From Casimicrobiaceae bacterium (GTDB taxonomy: Bacteria; Pseudomonadota; Gammaproteobacteria; Burkholderiales; Casimicrobiaceae), in assembly GCA_035937415.1 (NCBI GenBank), contig DASZIB010000059.1:13199-77198 (forward strand): a stretch of DNA of 64,000 nucleotides, read 5' to 3'. How positions within the stretch are numbered: position 1 is the first letter of the stretch; each line of letters opens with the position of its first letter. Positions 25,317-34,766 of this stretch are shown here, piece by piece. The translations under genes and the position numbers were made by a program. Below the pieces are notes generated by a model. It was not told the DNA's origin. It did not search any database and worked only from the letters and a program-made list of their open reading frames with translations.

Positions 25317-27494
25317 CTACCGAACCAAATTGCCACGCACCTCGAACGCCACCACGGAGAGCATCCTGCCGTCCGGGCCGACCAGCGCCAGCTGGTGCTT
25401 CCCCGGCGCCGGCGCCCAATCGGCGCGCCCGCGGGGATCCGCATCGGCCAGTGTCTCGCCGTCAAGCCGCCAGTGCAATCCCTCGATCGCCGGCGCGCCT
25501 TCGAACACGACCCGCTGCGCACCCGGCGGAATGTCGGGATCGAGGGCGATGATAGTGTCCGCCGTGGGATAGCGGATATGCGGCGTCAACAGGCTCTCCA
25601 CTCCGTTGCTCGCGCCCCCGGTGTAACCCTCGACCACGCTCATCTCCGTCCCGCGGAGGAACCACTCCTTGCGTTCCGGCTCCACCGCAGGCGCGAACCA
25701 GACGCTGATGCGCGCGATTCCAAGCGGCGCCGCGGGCTGCGCGGAGGGCTCGGTCCGGTGCAGACGATGCACGAGGTCGCGCCAGATCGGCGCCGCTCCG
25801 GTGACACCGGAGACGTCCCGCATCGGCGCCCCGGAAAAGTTGCCGACCCACACCCCGACCGTGTAGCGCGAGGTGAAGCCGACGCACCAGTTGTCGCGCA
25901 TGTCCTTGCTGGTCCCGGTCTTGGCCGCGCTCCACACCCGGGTAGCCAGCGGATTCTCCAGGCCGAAGGAGAGCGCACGCGCTCCCCGGTCCGAGAGGAT
26001 ATCGGCGATGATGTAGCTCGCCCCCGCGCCGAACACGCGCCGCGGTGCAGCGGCGACGGCTGCGATAGCTGAGCCGGGTATGAATCGTGGCGGACCGACC
26101 ACGCCACCGTTCGCCAGCGCGCGATACGCGTTGGTCAAGGACAGCAGCGTCACGTCGGCATCGCCCAGCGCGAGCGCAGCGCCATAGAAATCGTCGTCGC
26201 GCGTAAGCGTGTCGAAACCGAGGTTCGTCAGCGTGTCGTGAAAGCGGTCGAGGCCGACCAGTTCCAGCGTGCGCACCGCCGGTACGTTGAGCGAACTGGC
26301 GAGCGCGGTACGAGTGCTCACGAGTCCGTGGAATCCGCGATCGTAGTCCTGGGGCACATACATACCGCGCGCGGTGGCGATCGCAACCGGGCTGTCATCG
26401 ACCAGCGAGGCGGCGGTAAGCAGCTTGGAGTCGAGCGCGAGGGCGTAGAGGAAGGGCTTAAGCGTCGATCCGGGCTGGCGCAGGGCGGCCGCCCCGTCGA
26501 CCTGCGGCGCAGAGGAGAGCGCCCCGGCACTGCCGACATACGCCAGCACGTCGCCGCTTGCGTTGTCGAGGACGACCAATGCACCGTCGCCCACGCCGCG
26601 ATCGGTCAACTCGGCCAGGTGATCGCGCAACGTCATTGCGGCGAAGCGTTGCAGGTCCGCGTCGAGGGTGCTGAACACACGTTCAGCGGGACGCTTCAGC
26701 AGTTTCGCAGCGACGTGCGGTGCATCGCTCCAGCGCGCAGCCAAGCGGTATGGGCCGGCGAGCGCCACCATCGTCGTCGCGCGCACTTCCTCGCACGTAA
26801 TTGATTCCGAGGCGAGAGCCGCGACCGCACACGCGCGCTGCGCGACTGCGGGCGCCGGCGCGTTGGGATTGCGCAGCAGCGCGACCAGAATCGCCGCCTC
26901 CCGCGTATCGATGCCATCCGGCGACTTGCCGAAGAGTCCGCGCGCGGCTGCGTTCAGCCCGACGAGTTCGCCCCGGTACGACGCCAGGTTGAGATAGGCC
27001 TCGAGGATCTGCGCCTTGGTCCACGAGTTTTCGAGGAGCTGCGCGGCGCGTGCCTGATCCCATTTCTGGCCAAGCGTTCGAGTGCCGCCGCCTGGCGCCA
27101 ACGCCGGATCCAGGAAGCTCGCAAGCTGCATGGTAATCGTGGAACCGCCACGCGGACGGCGCCCGTCGAGCATGCGCCAGACGCTGTCCCAGGCCGCGCC
27201 GGCGAGTCCCGACCAGTCGACACCGGCGTGATCGTAAAAACGTTTGTCTTCTGCCGCAATCAGGGTGGCGGCCATCGCCGGCGAGACGTCGGCGAGCGGT
27301 ACCCAGTCGAGGCGGCGGACCGTGCTGTCGAGGCGCAGCTCCGACAGTGGCGCGCCGTGACGGTCAAGCAGCAGCGCTTCGGAAGGGACATAAGCGGCTT
27401 TGACGGCGGCGAAGGAGGGTGGCGTCGTTGCGGCACGTGCGGTCAGCGCCCCGGTGGCGATTACACACAGGAGGAGGGCGTGCAAGCGACTCAC
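25317..27494 (-). CDS. pbpC: Penicillin-binding protein 1C
   Basis: GT51 motifs (EDKRFYDHAGVD, GGSTITMQLA), transpeptidase STLKP, and a C-terminal PBP1C-type domain. GTG 27494 overlaps the A2M stop (GTGA) and is followed by a signal-anchor (SRLHALLLCVIATGALTARA). Confidence 0.9.
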   Translation of the reverse strand: MSRLHALLLCVIATGALTARAATTPPSFAAVKAAYVPSEALLLDRHGAPLSELRLDSTVRRLDWVPLADVSPAMAATLIAAEDKRFYDHAGVDWSGLAGAAWDSVWRMLDGRRPRGGSTITMQLASFLDPALAPGGGTRTLGQKWDQARAAQLLENSWTKAQILEAYLNLASYRGELVGLNAAARGLFGKSPDGIDTREAAILVALLRNPNAPAPAVAQRACAVAALASESITCEEVRATTMVALAGPYRLAARWSDAPHVAAKLLKRPAERVFSTLDADLQRFAAMTLRDHLAELTDRGVGDGALVVLDNASGDVLAYVGSAGALSSAPQVDGAAALRQPGSTLKPFLYALALDSKLLTAASLVDDSPVAIATARGMYVPQDYDRGFHGLVSTRTALASSLNVPAVRTLELVGLDRFHDTLTNLGFDTLTRDDDFYGAALALGDADVTLLSLTNAYRALANGGVVGPPRFIPGSAIAAVAAAPRRVFGAGASYIIADILSDRGARALSFGLENPLATRVWSAAKTGTSKDMRDNWCVGFTSRYTVGVWVGNFSGAPMRDVSGVTGAAPIWRDLVHRLHRTEPSAQPAAPLGIARISVWFAPAVEPERKEWFLRGTEMSVVEGYTGGASNGVESLLTPHIRYPTADTIIALDPDIPPGAQRVVFEGAPAIEGLHWRLDGETLADADPRGRADWAPAPGKHQLALVGPDGRMLSVVAFEVRGNLVR

Positions 27495-30400
27495 GGCATC
27501 ACCGTCCAATGGGCATTGGGCAACTCGCCGAACATCTCGGGCGCGTACATTGCCTCGACGCGCGTCGTCGGCAGATGAAACTCTCCCGGGTTGTTGAGGC
27601 GAACCGTGTACTCGAGCACGAACTTGCCCTTGGGCACATAGCGAAAGTACGCTCGGTACGCGGTGAACGTGCGTTCCTCGAAGGCCGGCCATACCGTGCC
27701 GCGCTTGATCTCGCCCTGCACCAACACCGCGGAATCCCCACCCAGCCCACGACCGAGCGCCGTGCTGCCCGAGGGAATCGGATCATCGACGACTACCCAC
27801 GTCATGTCGGATTGCGCTTCGATCTCCAGGTGCACGCGCGCGACGTCGCCACGGCTCCATTTGCCCTTGGTCTGCTGTTGCACCGCCGTTACCTCACGAG
27901 AAACCTTGTAGCCACTTGACAAGGCTTCCTTCAGAGGTAAGGCCGCGATGCTCTGCAACGTGATCCAGGGTTTCCCGGCGCCGTCATGTGCGAGCGCGAG
28001 ATCGGCGCGCTGCGTTGGCCACGCGAGCATCTTGGCGAACGGCTTGGCACCATCATCGGCCAGCCACGTGTGGTCGTAATGCACGGCCCCAAGCGCTGCG
28101 CTGGTCGTGCCCGATACCGGATCGGATTCGAATGCCGCGGAGAATTTCTCCACCGCCAGCACGCCCCAAGCGTTGGCCACCGTCGTGTTCCAGTGTCCGT
28201 GCTGCATGCGTCCGAGCGAGCCGCGCACGAGCCGTGGCATGTCTTCCTTCCACGCGGGCGCGTCAAGCAAGGCAAGTAGCAGGCGATTGGCGTTGGAGTC
28301 CGCCGATACCATGAGCCACCACAGCGCGTCGCTCTTCTCGGTCGAGAAGCCCATCGTGGTGCCCTGGAAATTCAAACGCGAACGCAGAATCTGCTCCGCC
28401 GCCTGCATGCGCTCGTTACGCTGCGGCAATTTCGGCGAGCGCTTGAGCACCAGATACCAGTCGATCACCGCCGAGGTTGGCCACAGGTTCGGCTCGATCG
28501 AGATGCTATCGAGCCATTTGGGGCTGATCGCTTCGCTGCGCCGCGACAGCGCTTCGAGGGCCGCCACCTTGCGAATGGCCAGGTCCGCGGTCTGCAGGTC
28601 CGAATAGCGCACGACGCGGCCCTCGACAAAACCGATCAGGGCGTTCTGCATGCGTCCGCGCGAATCGTCGGGTATCTCCCAGCCCGCTTCGTCAGCGACC
28701 GCCAGCACATACGCAGTGAGAGCATCGCTGCCGTAGTGCAGCAACGGCCAGTATTTCACCAACCCGTCGCGATCGAGATAATCGGGAAGTGCGCGCATCA
28801 ACTCGCTCCACTTGGAACGGTTGCGCAAACCGATCGCAAGCGAAGCCTTCTGCTCGAAGCACGAGTAGGGGTATTGCGACAGATATTCGTCCACGCCGGG
28901 CAGATCGCCAGCAAGTCTGGCCTGCATGCGCACGTTGACGCCGCCCCGGCCCGGGATCGCCTCCGCCGGACGCTGCACCGATACGGTCAGTGGCGCCGTC
29001 AGTTGCAGGATCGTCGCCTGGTACGTGCGCTCGGGGATCGCGGGGACGACCGCTTGCGATACCCTAATCGCATCGCGGGCGGTGCCTGCACGCTCCGGAC
29101 TTGTCGCCGGGGCACCCTCGAGGGCTTCGATCTGCCAGTCGAGCTTGGTCGCATCGACCGGAACACTCATGTCCCAGGTGGCCTCACGGGCCTCGCCGGG
29201 TGCAAGCTCGATTTGGCGTGAATCGAGCGACATCGGCGCCTTGCCACTTGCGGCAACGCGTGCCGTCACCTGCACCGCCATCCGCCGCTCAGAGGCGTTG
29301 CGCAGCGTGAACGTCGCGCGGAACCGGTCGGATTCACGCACGACCGCAGGCAGACCCGAGAGCAGCATCAGGTCCTGTGTCGAGCGAATGGATGCGTCGC
29401 CGGTGCCGAAGAGTCCCGCACCACTCGACGCGATGGCAACGATGCGGAAGCTCGTCAGCGAATCGTTAAGCGGAATATCGACGCTGGCATCACCCGCAGC
29501 ATCGAGCGGCACCCGCGCCCGCCACAGCAACAGCGTGTCGAACAGCTCGCGCGCCGAAGCGCGGCCGCCGCCGCCGCCCGCGGCGATCGCCTTCTTGCCA
29601 AAGTGGCGCTTGCCGATCACCTGCGTCTGCGCCGTCGACGTTTCCACCTCTTCGCCACGCCGCGTCATCATTGCGTCGAGAAGCTTCCACGTATCGTTGG
29701 GGAGCAGCTCCAGCAGCCCTTCATCAACCGCGGCCAATGCGACTTCGCTGCCCGCTGGCGGCGCACTGCCGTCGCTGCGGCGCACGGAAATGGTCACGCG
29801 CGCCTTGTCGCGCACCTTAAATGCCGCCTGTGCGGGCGTGACTTTGACGGCGAGTTCGTGCGCCGACCAGCCAACGCGAACCTCCGTAAGGCCCATCTTG
29901 TACGACGGCCGGGCGAGGTCGATCAGTGCTGTGGGCTCGACACCGCCGATTCGGCCGCGCACTGCAAATGCGCTCACAAACACGTTCGGCGCGTAGCTGC
30001 CCTTGATGGGCACCTCGAGGACGGGGTCGCTGCGTTTGATCGTGCGCACAAGCGCGTCGAGGATTCCCTCGCGCTCGATGGTGACGAGCACCGTCGCCTC
30101 CTTGAAGGGTGTGCGCAGCTGGAGACGCGCGATGTCGCCTGGTTCGTAGCGTTTCTTCTCCGGCAGCAGATCGATGCGGTCGTTGTCGGACGCGGCGAAC
30201 CACCAATCGTCACCGGTCGCTACCCAGGCGTCGGCGCGCGTGATCGCGACGTTGCCGTCGCTATCGGCAGCGCGCGCACGCAGGATCAGGTTGCCGGCGG
30301 CGGGTGCTCCAACTTCGCAGATTAATAGCCCGTGCGCGTCGGTCGTGCCGGCGCAAAGGTCCATCAGGCGCTTGGTGTCGCTGCCGTGCTCGTAGGCATA

Positions 30401-33400
30401 GAAACCGCCGATCAGACGACGACGATGCGAGTACGTCTCGCGCCTGAATACGTCGGCCTGCACACGCACGCCGGCAACCGGGGCGCCTGCGAGATCGACC
30501 GCGGCGACGGTGAACTTGAGGCGGTCCTTGCTCGCAACCCAGCTGTCGGGTTTGAGGCCCAGCACAATCCGCGCCGGCCAAAGCGTTGTCCGAACCGATG
30601 AAGTGAGGGTTTCCCCATTCGGATCGCGGTACTCCAGTTCCGCGACCAGATCGCGCGGCATGGGATCGGTGCCGACGCTCTTTACCGTTGCGCGCGCGCC
30701 CCCCGCAGCATCGAGCGCAAGGCTGAGGTCGGTGGTGCGCCGCCCACGCACGGCTGGTTGTGCAGCGTCGTCATCCTCGCTGTAGTCCGGGTCGGCAAAC
30801 GTGTAGTCGCCGAAACGCGCGTACGCGTCACCCTCCTCGTCGCGGCCCTCGGTGACGTCGCCGGCGGCGAAGCTATAGCCCTCGAAATCGGCGAAAGCGA
30901 CCGCCTTGGGCTCGATTTGGGTGCGCAACTTGACCGGCAAGCCGCCCGCGCCGCCACCCGAGAGATAGGAAACCTGCAAATCGATCTGTACCTCGGCAGG
31001 CTGGACAAGCGGTGCGCCGACCGGCTGCAGCCGCGCGCGCATGAGCGGAACGCGAAACGCCTCGACGCGGAATGTTCCGACGGGCCGCGCGTCGCTGCGG
31101 CTGCGCCTTGCGCCGAGCGAATCGTGCATGGCGATGCTGTATGTGCCGAGCGCGGCATCGCCGGGAATGACGAACGTCGCCTCACCGTGGTCGGTTCCGG
31201 GCCCGCCTTGGGTCCATTGCACGGGTACGGCATATTCCCGCTCGGAACCCTGGTGCCGGATCGTGAGCGCGTCCCCGAGCGCGTCGCGCTGCACCAGCGC
31301 GAAGCCGGCGGCAGTCTGCTGCCGAACGAAGAGCTTCATCGATACCGTCTCTCCGGCGCGAAAGAGCGAACGGTCAAGCACGGCGTGCGCCACATACGGG
31401 CCGTTCCAGTTGCCGGTCGGTACGTTGAAGCGCCATGGCGAGATGCCTTCGCCCCAGCTGGAGAAGGCGAAGCTCATGTCGTCGCCGGCACGCGCGGTGA
31501 CAAAGAACTCCTTTTCCCCATGCGGGCATTGCGGCAGCGCATCGCGATCGGGGAGTTCCACGTTGACCCGGCTGATACCTGACGCATCGCTGGTGCCGTG
31601 CCAGTACGAGTACCCGCCGCAATCGCGCACATCGATACGCGCGTTCTTAACCGGCTTGCCGTCCGCGAGCCGCGTCACCCAGACCAGCGACGATTCGCGA
31701 CCGAGCTTGAGATGCACGCCCAGGTTGGTGACCAGGACGGTGGTGCGCGCATAGTACGGCCTGGTGTTGCCGTTGAGCGCCGCGCCGAGCTTCGGGCTGG
31801 CCAGTTCGACGACATAGAACCCGGGGTCCGGCAACGGAATGCCCACCACCTCGAACGCCTTCTCGCCGTTGGGCTTGGGCACCTCGAGCGTGTGTAGCGC
31901 ATCCGAGGCCCTGAACATCGAAAGCGCGTGGCCGTTGCGCTTGACGATCCAGCGTTCGGTCTTCTGGTTGTACTCGGCGTCAACACTTTGTGCGCGCTCG
32001 AAACGCTCGAGCCAGTCGACGATCCGCATCTCGTCGCCGCGCGCGACGCGCGCGACCTTGGCCGGAATGGGCGCGTTGCCGGCCGCTTTCTCCTCCGGCG
32101 TGGTCGGGCGACCGGTCGTGCCGACGCGGCCCTGGAGCGTTGCTTCGACGTTGCGCAGTGTGACCGGGAGCAGCGGCGTCGACTTGTCAGGCAGCACGTG
32201 CTCGAGAATGCCAAAGTCGGCGGGGAACTTGGCGAGCGGTGGGTTCTCGTCGGTGTGGACCTTAAGCGGAAACGACGTTGCGTTGGCGAGCGTGCGGCCG
32301 GCGTCGTCCTTCAGTCCGGCGGGCAGCTCGAGGCGAAATGACTCTCTTTCCGGCAAGCCGGGGCCGAAGGCGACCCCGTTGATCGCGTCGTCATCCTTGG
32401 TGAGCTGCGGCTGGTAGATGCGCCCCCCGCTGTCGACGAGCCGGATCTTCGCCGCGTCGCGGGCCGCGACCGGGGCCGTAAACGACAGCCGCAACGGCAG
32501 AATCGGAATGCATTGCGCATCCTTGTTCACGCGTTCGCAAGAAAACGAGGCGCGAAACGTCGGCCGCACGCGGTACTCGAGCGCCTGGTCGGCGGAGGTC
32601 GGGACGCCCGACGACGAGGCGATGCCGTTGCCCCAGACGAGCTTGATCTCTGCGTTGGGCGGCAGCGTGCGGGTGCAGGCGAGCGTGACCAATGGCGAAT
32701 CGGGCGCGTCGCGCAGGCGCAGGAACTTTTCCTCATCGCTACCGGTCACGGGCAGCCGGAACAGGAAGCTGGGACCGCTGCGTCCCGCATCCGAGTCGAG
32801 GAAGATGAAACGCAGATAACTCGCCGCGAACGATTTGCGATTGTCGAGGATCGTGGCGCGCTCTGTGCCGGTCACCAGGCGCACGCCGATCTTCTCATTC
32901 ACGCCGGACGCGCTGCAGTACGCATGGCCGGCAATGGTGTCCGCCGCGACGGGGGCATCGAGCCCGACGATGAACATCTGGTTCTCGTCAATGGTCGATC
33001 CTTCCGAGGGGAGGCTGCGCACGATCGCCGGACCGCCGGTGCTGAACTCAAACCGCGCTCCGGCAGCGAGTGCCGTGCCGTCCAGCGCAGTGACGCCGGG
33101 TTTGACCGTGAAGCTGCAGCGCACGCCGGCGGGCAGGTCTCGATCGAAGTCGTAGACCCAGTTCTTCATGTCCGCCCAGTGCCCCTTGCCCTTCTCGACG
33201 CAGTCGATGGCGAAGGGGTCGAGCTCGCGCGGGTCCCCGAAGGGAACCATCGCCTGCGCGAAGCGCGCCGTGACCTGGCGCACGGCCTTGACCTCGCCCT
33301 GCGGGGAGAAGAATTCGACGCTTTGCGTCCAGGCTGGCACGCTCCACGACGCGAGCGACGCCGCAACGAGAGCGGCCATGCGCGAGGCAACCTTACCGAA

Positions 33401-33409
33401 CAGCGCCAT
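27491..33409 (-). CDS. Bacterial alpha-2-macroglobulin (YfhM-type, thioester-containing)
   Basis: 1972 aa. It has an N-terminal signal peptide, a long array of MG-like beta-sandwich regions and a CxEQ thioester motif. It is paired with pbpC in the known operon arrangement. Confidence 0.92.
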   Translation of the reverse strand: MALFGKVASRMAALVAASLASWSVPAWTQSVEFFSPQGEVKAVRQVTARFAQAMVPFGDPRELDPFAIDCVEKGKGHWADMKNWVYDFDRDLPAGVRCSFTVKPGVTALDGTALAAGARFEFSTGGPAIVRSLPSEGSTIDENQMFIVGLDAPVAADTIAGHAYCSASGVNEKIGVRLVTGTERATILDNRKSFAASYLRFIFLDSDAGRSGPSFLFRLPVTGSDEEKFLRLRDAPDSPLVTLACTRTLPPNAEIKLVWGNGIASSSGVPTSADQALEYRVRPTFRASFSCERVNKDAQCIPILPLRLSFTAPVAARDAAKIRLVDSGGRIYQPQLTKDDDAINGVAFGPGLPERESFRLELPAGLKDDAGRTLANATSFPLKVHTDENPPLAKFPADFGILEHVLPDKSTPLLPVTLRNVEATLQGRVGTTGRPTTPEEKAAGNAPIPAKVARVARGDEMRIVDWLERFERAQSVDAEYNQKTERWIVKRNGHALSMFRASDALHTLEVPKPNGEKAFEVVGIPLPDPGFYVVELASPKLGAALNGNTRPYYARTTVLVTNLGVHLKLGRESSLVWVTRLADGKPVKNARIDVRDCGGYSYWHGTSDASGISRVNVELPDRDALPQCPHGEKEFFVTARAGDDMSFAFSSWGEGISPWRFNVPTGNWNGPYVAHAVLDRSLFRAGETVSMKLFVRQQTAAGFALVQRDALGDALTIRHQGSEREYAVPVQWTQGGPGTDHGEATFVIPGDAALGTYSIAMHDSLGARRSRSDARPVGTFRVEAFRVPLMRARLQPVGAPLVQPAEVQIDLQVSYLSGGGAGGLPVKLRTQIEPKAVAFADFEGYSFAAGDVTEGRDEEGDAYARFGDYTFADPDYSEDDDAAQPAVRGRRTTDLSLALDAAGGARATVKSVGTDPMPRDLVAELEYRDPNGETLTSSVRTTLWPARIVLGLKPDSWVASKDRLKFTVAAVDLAGAPVAGVRVQADVFRRETYSHRRRLIGGFYAYEHGSDTKRLMDLCAGTTDAHGLLICEVGAPAAGNLILRARAADSDGNVAITRADAWVATGDDWWFAASDNDRIDLLPEKKRYEPGDIARLQLRTPFKEATVLVTIEREGILDALVRTIKRSDPVLEVPIKGSYAPNVFVSAFAVRGRIGGVEPTALIDLARPSYKMGLTEVRVGWSAHELAVKVTPAQAAFKVRDKARVTISVRRSDGSAPPAGSEVALAAVDEGLLELLPNDTWKLLDAMMTRRGEEVETSTAQTQVIGKRHFGKKAIAAGGGGGRASARELFDTLLLWRARVPLDAAGDASVDIPLNDSLTSFRIVAIASSGAGLFGTGDASIRSTQDLMLLSGLPAVVRESDRFRATFTLRNASERRMAVQVTARVAASGKAPMSLDSRQIELAPGEAREATWDMSVPVDATKLDWQIEALEGAPATSPERAGTARDAIRVSQAVVPAIPERTYQATILQLTAPLTVSVQRPAEAIPGRGGVNVRMQARLAGDLPGVDEYLSQYPYSCFEQKASLAIGLRNRSKWSELMRALPDYLDRDGLVKYWPLLHYGSDALTAYVLAVADEAGWEIPDDSRGRMQNALIGFVEGRVVRYSDLQTADLAIRKVAALEALSRRSEAISPKWLDSISIEPNLWPTSAVIDWYLVLKRSPKLPQRNERMQAAEQILRSRLNFQGTTMGFSTEKSDALWWLMVSADSNANRLLLALLDAPAWKEDMPRLVRGSLGRMQHGHWNTTVANAWGVLAVEKFSAAFESDPVSGTTSAALGAVHYDHTWLADDGAKPFAKMLAWPTQRADLALAHDGAGKPWITLQSIAALPLKEALSSGYKVSREVTAVQQQTKGKWSRGDVARVHLEIEAQSDMTWVVVDDPIPSGSTALGRGLGGDSAVLVQGEIKRGTVWPAFEERTFTAYRAYFRYVPKGKFVLEYTVRLNNPGEFHLPTTRVEAMYAPEMFGELPNAHWTVMP
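28850..28861 (-). other. Thioester motif codons C-F-E-Q of the alpha-2-macroglobulin
   Basis: The reverse complement of 28850-28861 is TGC TTC GAG CAG, residues 1517-1520 in the context YPYSCFEQKAS. Confidence 0.8.
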
Positions 33410-33601
33410 GCGGGTCCCCAGGATTTGAGCGGGCGCAGCGTCAGCGGTTGGCGGATCGCGGCTGCGGAGTGGATTTAACCATGAGATGGGCGACGGCGTT
33501 GCGGCGCCGGTGCGGCGCGCCGCCGGCGAATCGTGGCGTCAATGAGGCAGAGGATGAACGGCCAACTCCGACCGATCAGCGGCAACTGGTAGGATTAGCC
33601 C

Positions 33602-34693
33602 ATGGCCTATCGCGTCGACCCCGACATCACCGCCGCCTCCACGATCGACAGTGCGTTCTATCGCGACGAGGCGGCTTACGCGCTTGGGCGCGAGCGCATC
33701 TTCGCCCGCACCTGGCAGTGGATCGGCGACATTGACCCGGTCGCGACCCGCGGCTCGCTGGCGCCGCGCGAGCTGCTGCCCGGCCTCATTGACGAGCCGC
33801 TACTGCTGGCGCGCGACGGTACGGGTGAGCTGCGCTGCCTGTCCAATGTCTGTACCCACCGTGGCAACATCCTGGTGCGCGAGGCATGCACGGGAGTCGA
33901 ACAGATTCGGTGTACCTACCATTCGCGGCGCTTCGATCTTGCCGGAGGCATGACGTTCATGCCGGGGTTCGCGGCGGCAAAGAACTTCCCGTCGCCAGCT
34001 GACAACCTGCCGCAGATTCCTTTCGCCACCTGGGCGAACCACGGCTTCGTCTCGCTCGACCCCGTCGCGCCGCTGGCGACGTTTCTGGGTGACATGACGG
34101 CGAGGCTGGCGTGGCTGCCGGTCGCAGAGTTCCATCCCGATGTGACCAAGAGCCGGGACTATGTCATCAATGCGCACTGGGCTCTCTACGTCGAGAATTT
34201 TCTGGAAGCGTTTCACATTCCGTTCGTTCATCCGGCCCTGAACATGGTCGTGGACTGCGCGAGCTACGGGCACGAGCTTTTCCGCTACTCCAGCCTGCAA
34301 CTTGCACTCGCTAAGCCAGGGGAGATTGCGTTCGACGTCTCGGAGTCTGCGCCTGATCGCGCGCAGCGCGTCGCCGCATATTACTGGTGGATCTTTCCCA
34401 ACCTGATGCTCAATTGCTACCCTTGGGGGCTGTCGCTTAATCGCGTCGTCCCCGAGGCAATCGACCGCACGCGCATCGAATTCCGCTGCTACGTGTGGGA
34501 CGAGGCAAAGCTCGGGCAAGGCGCCGGTGGCGCCCTGCACCAGGTTGAGATGGAAGACGAGGCGATCGTTGAGGCCGTGCAACGCGGCGTGCGTTCGTCC
34601 TTCTACCGGCGTGGACGCTACTCACCGACGCACGAGCGCGGCACGCACCATTTCCACCGACTGCTGTGCGAGTTCATGACGCGGTCAGAATAG
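33602..34693 (+). CDS. Rieske [2Fe-2S] non-heme iron oxygenase, alpha-subunit type
   Basis: Rieske motif CTHRG...(17)...CTYHSRRF and a mononuclear iron motif ENFLEAFHIPFVH. Confidence 0.85.
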   Translation: MAYRVDPDITAASTIDSAFYRDEAAYALGRERIFARTWQWIGDIDPVATRGSLAPRELLPGLIDEPLLLARDGTGELRCLSNVCTHRGNILVREACTGVEQIRCTYHSRRFDLAGGMTFMPGFAAAKNFPSPADNLPQIPFATWANHGFVSLDPVAPLATFLGDMTARLAWLPVAEFHPDVTKSRDYVINAHWALYVENFLEAFHIPFVHPALNMVVDCASYGHELFRYSSLQLALAKPGEIAFDVSESAPDRAQRVAAYYWWIFPNLMLNCYPWGLSLNRVVPEAIDRTRIEFRCYVWDEAKLGQGAGGALHQVEMEDEAIVEAVQRGVRSSFYRRGRYSPTHERGTHHFHRLLCEFMTRSE

Positions 34694-34766
34694 GTTACCG
34701 CGACTGGCGTAGTTTCCACCAGGCTGCGCCGAATCCGCCCGGCGGGCGCACCGCCATTTCGCTACG

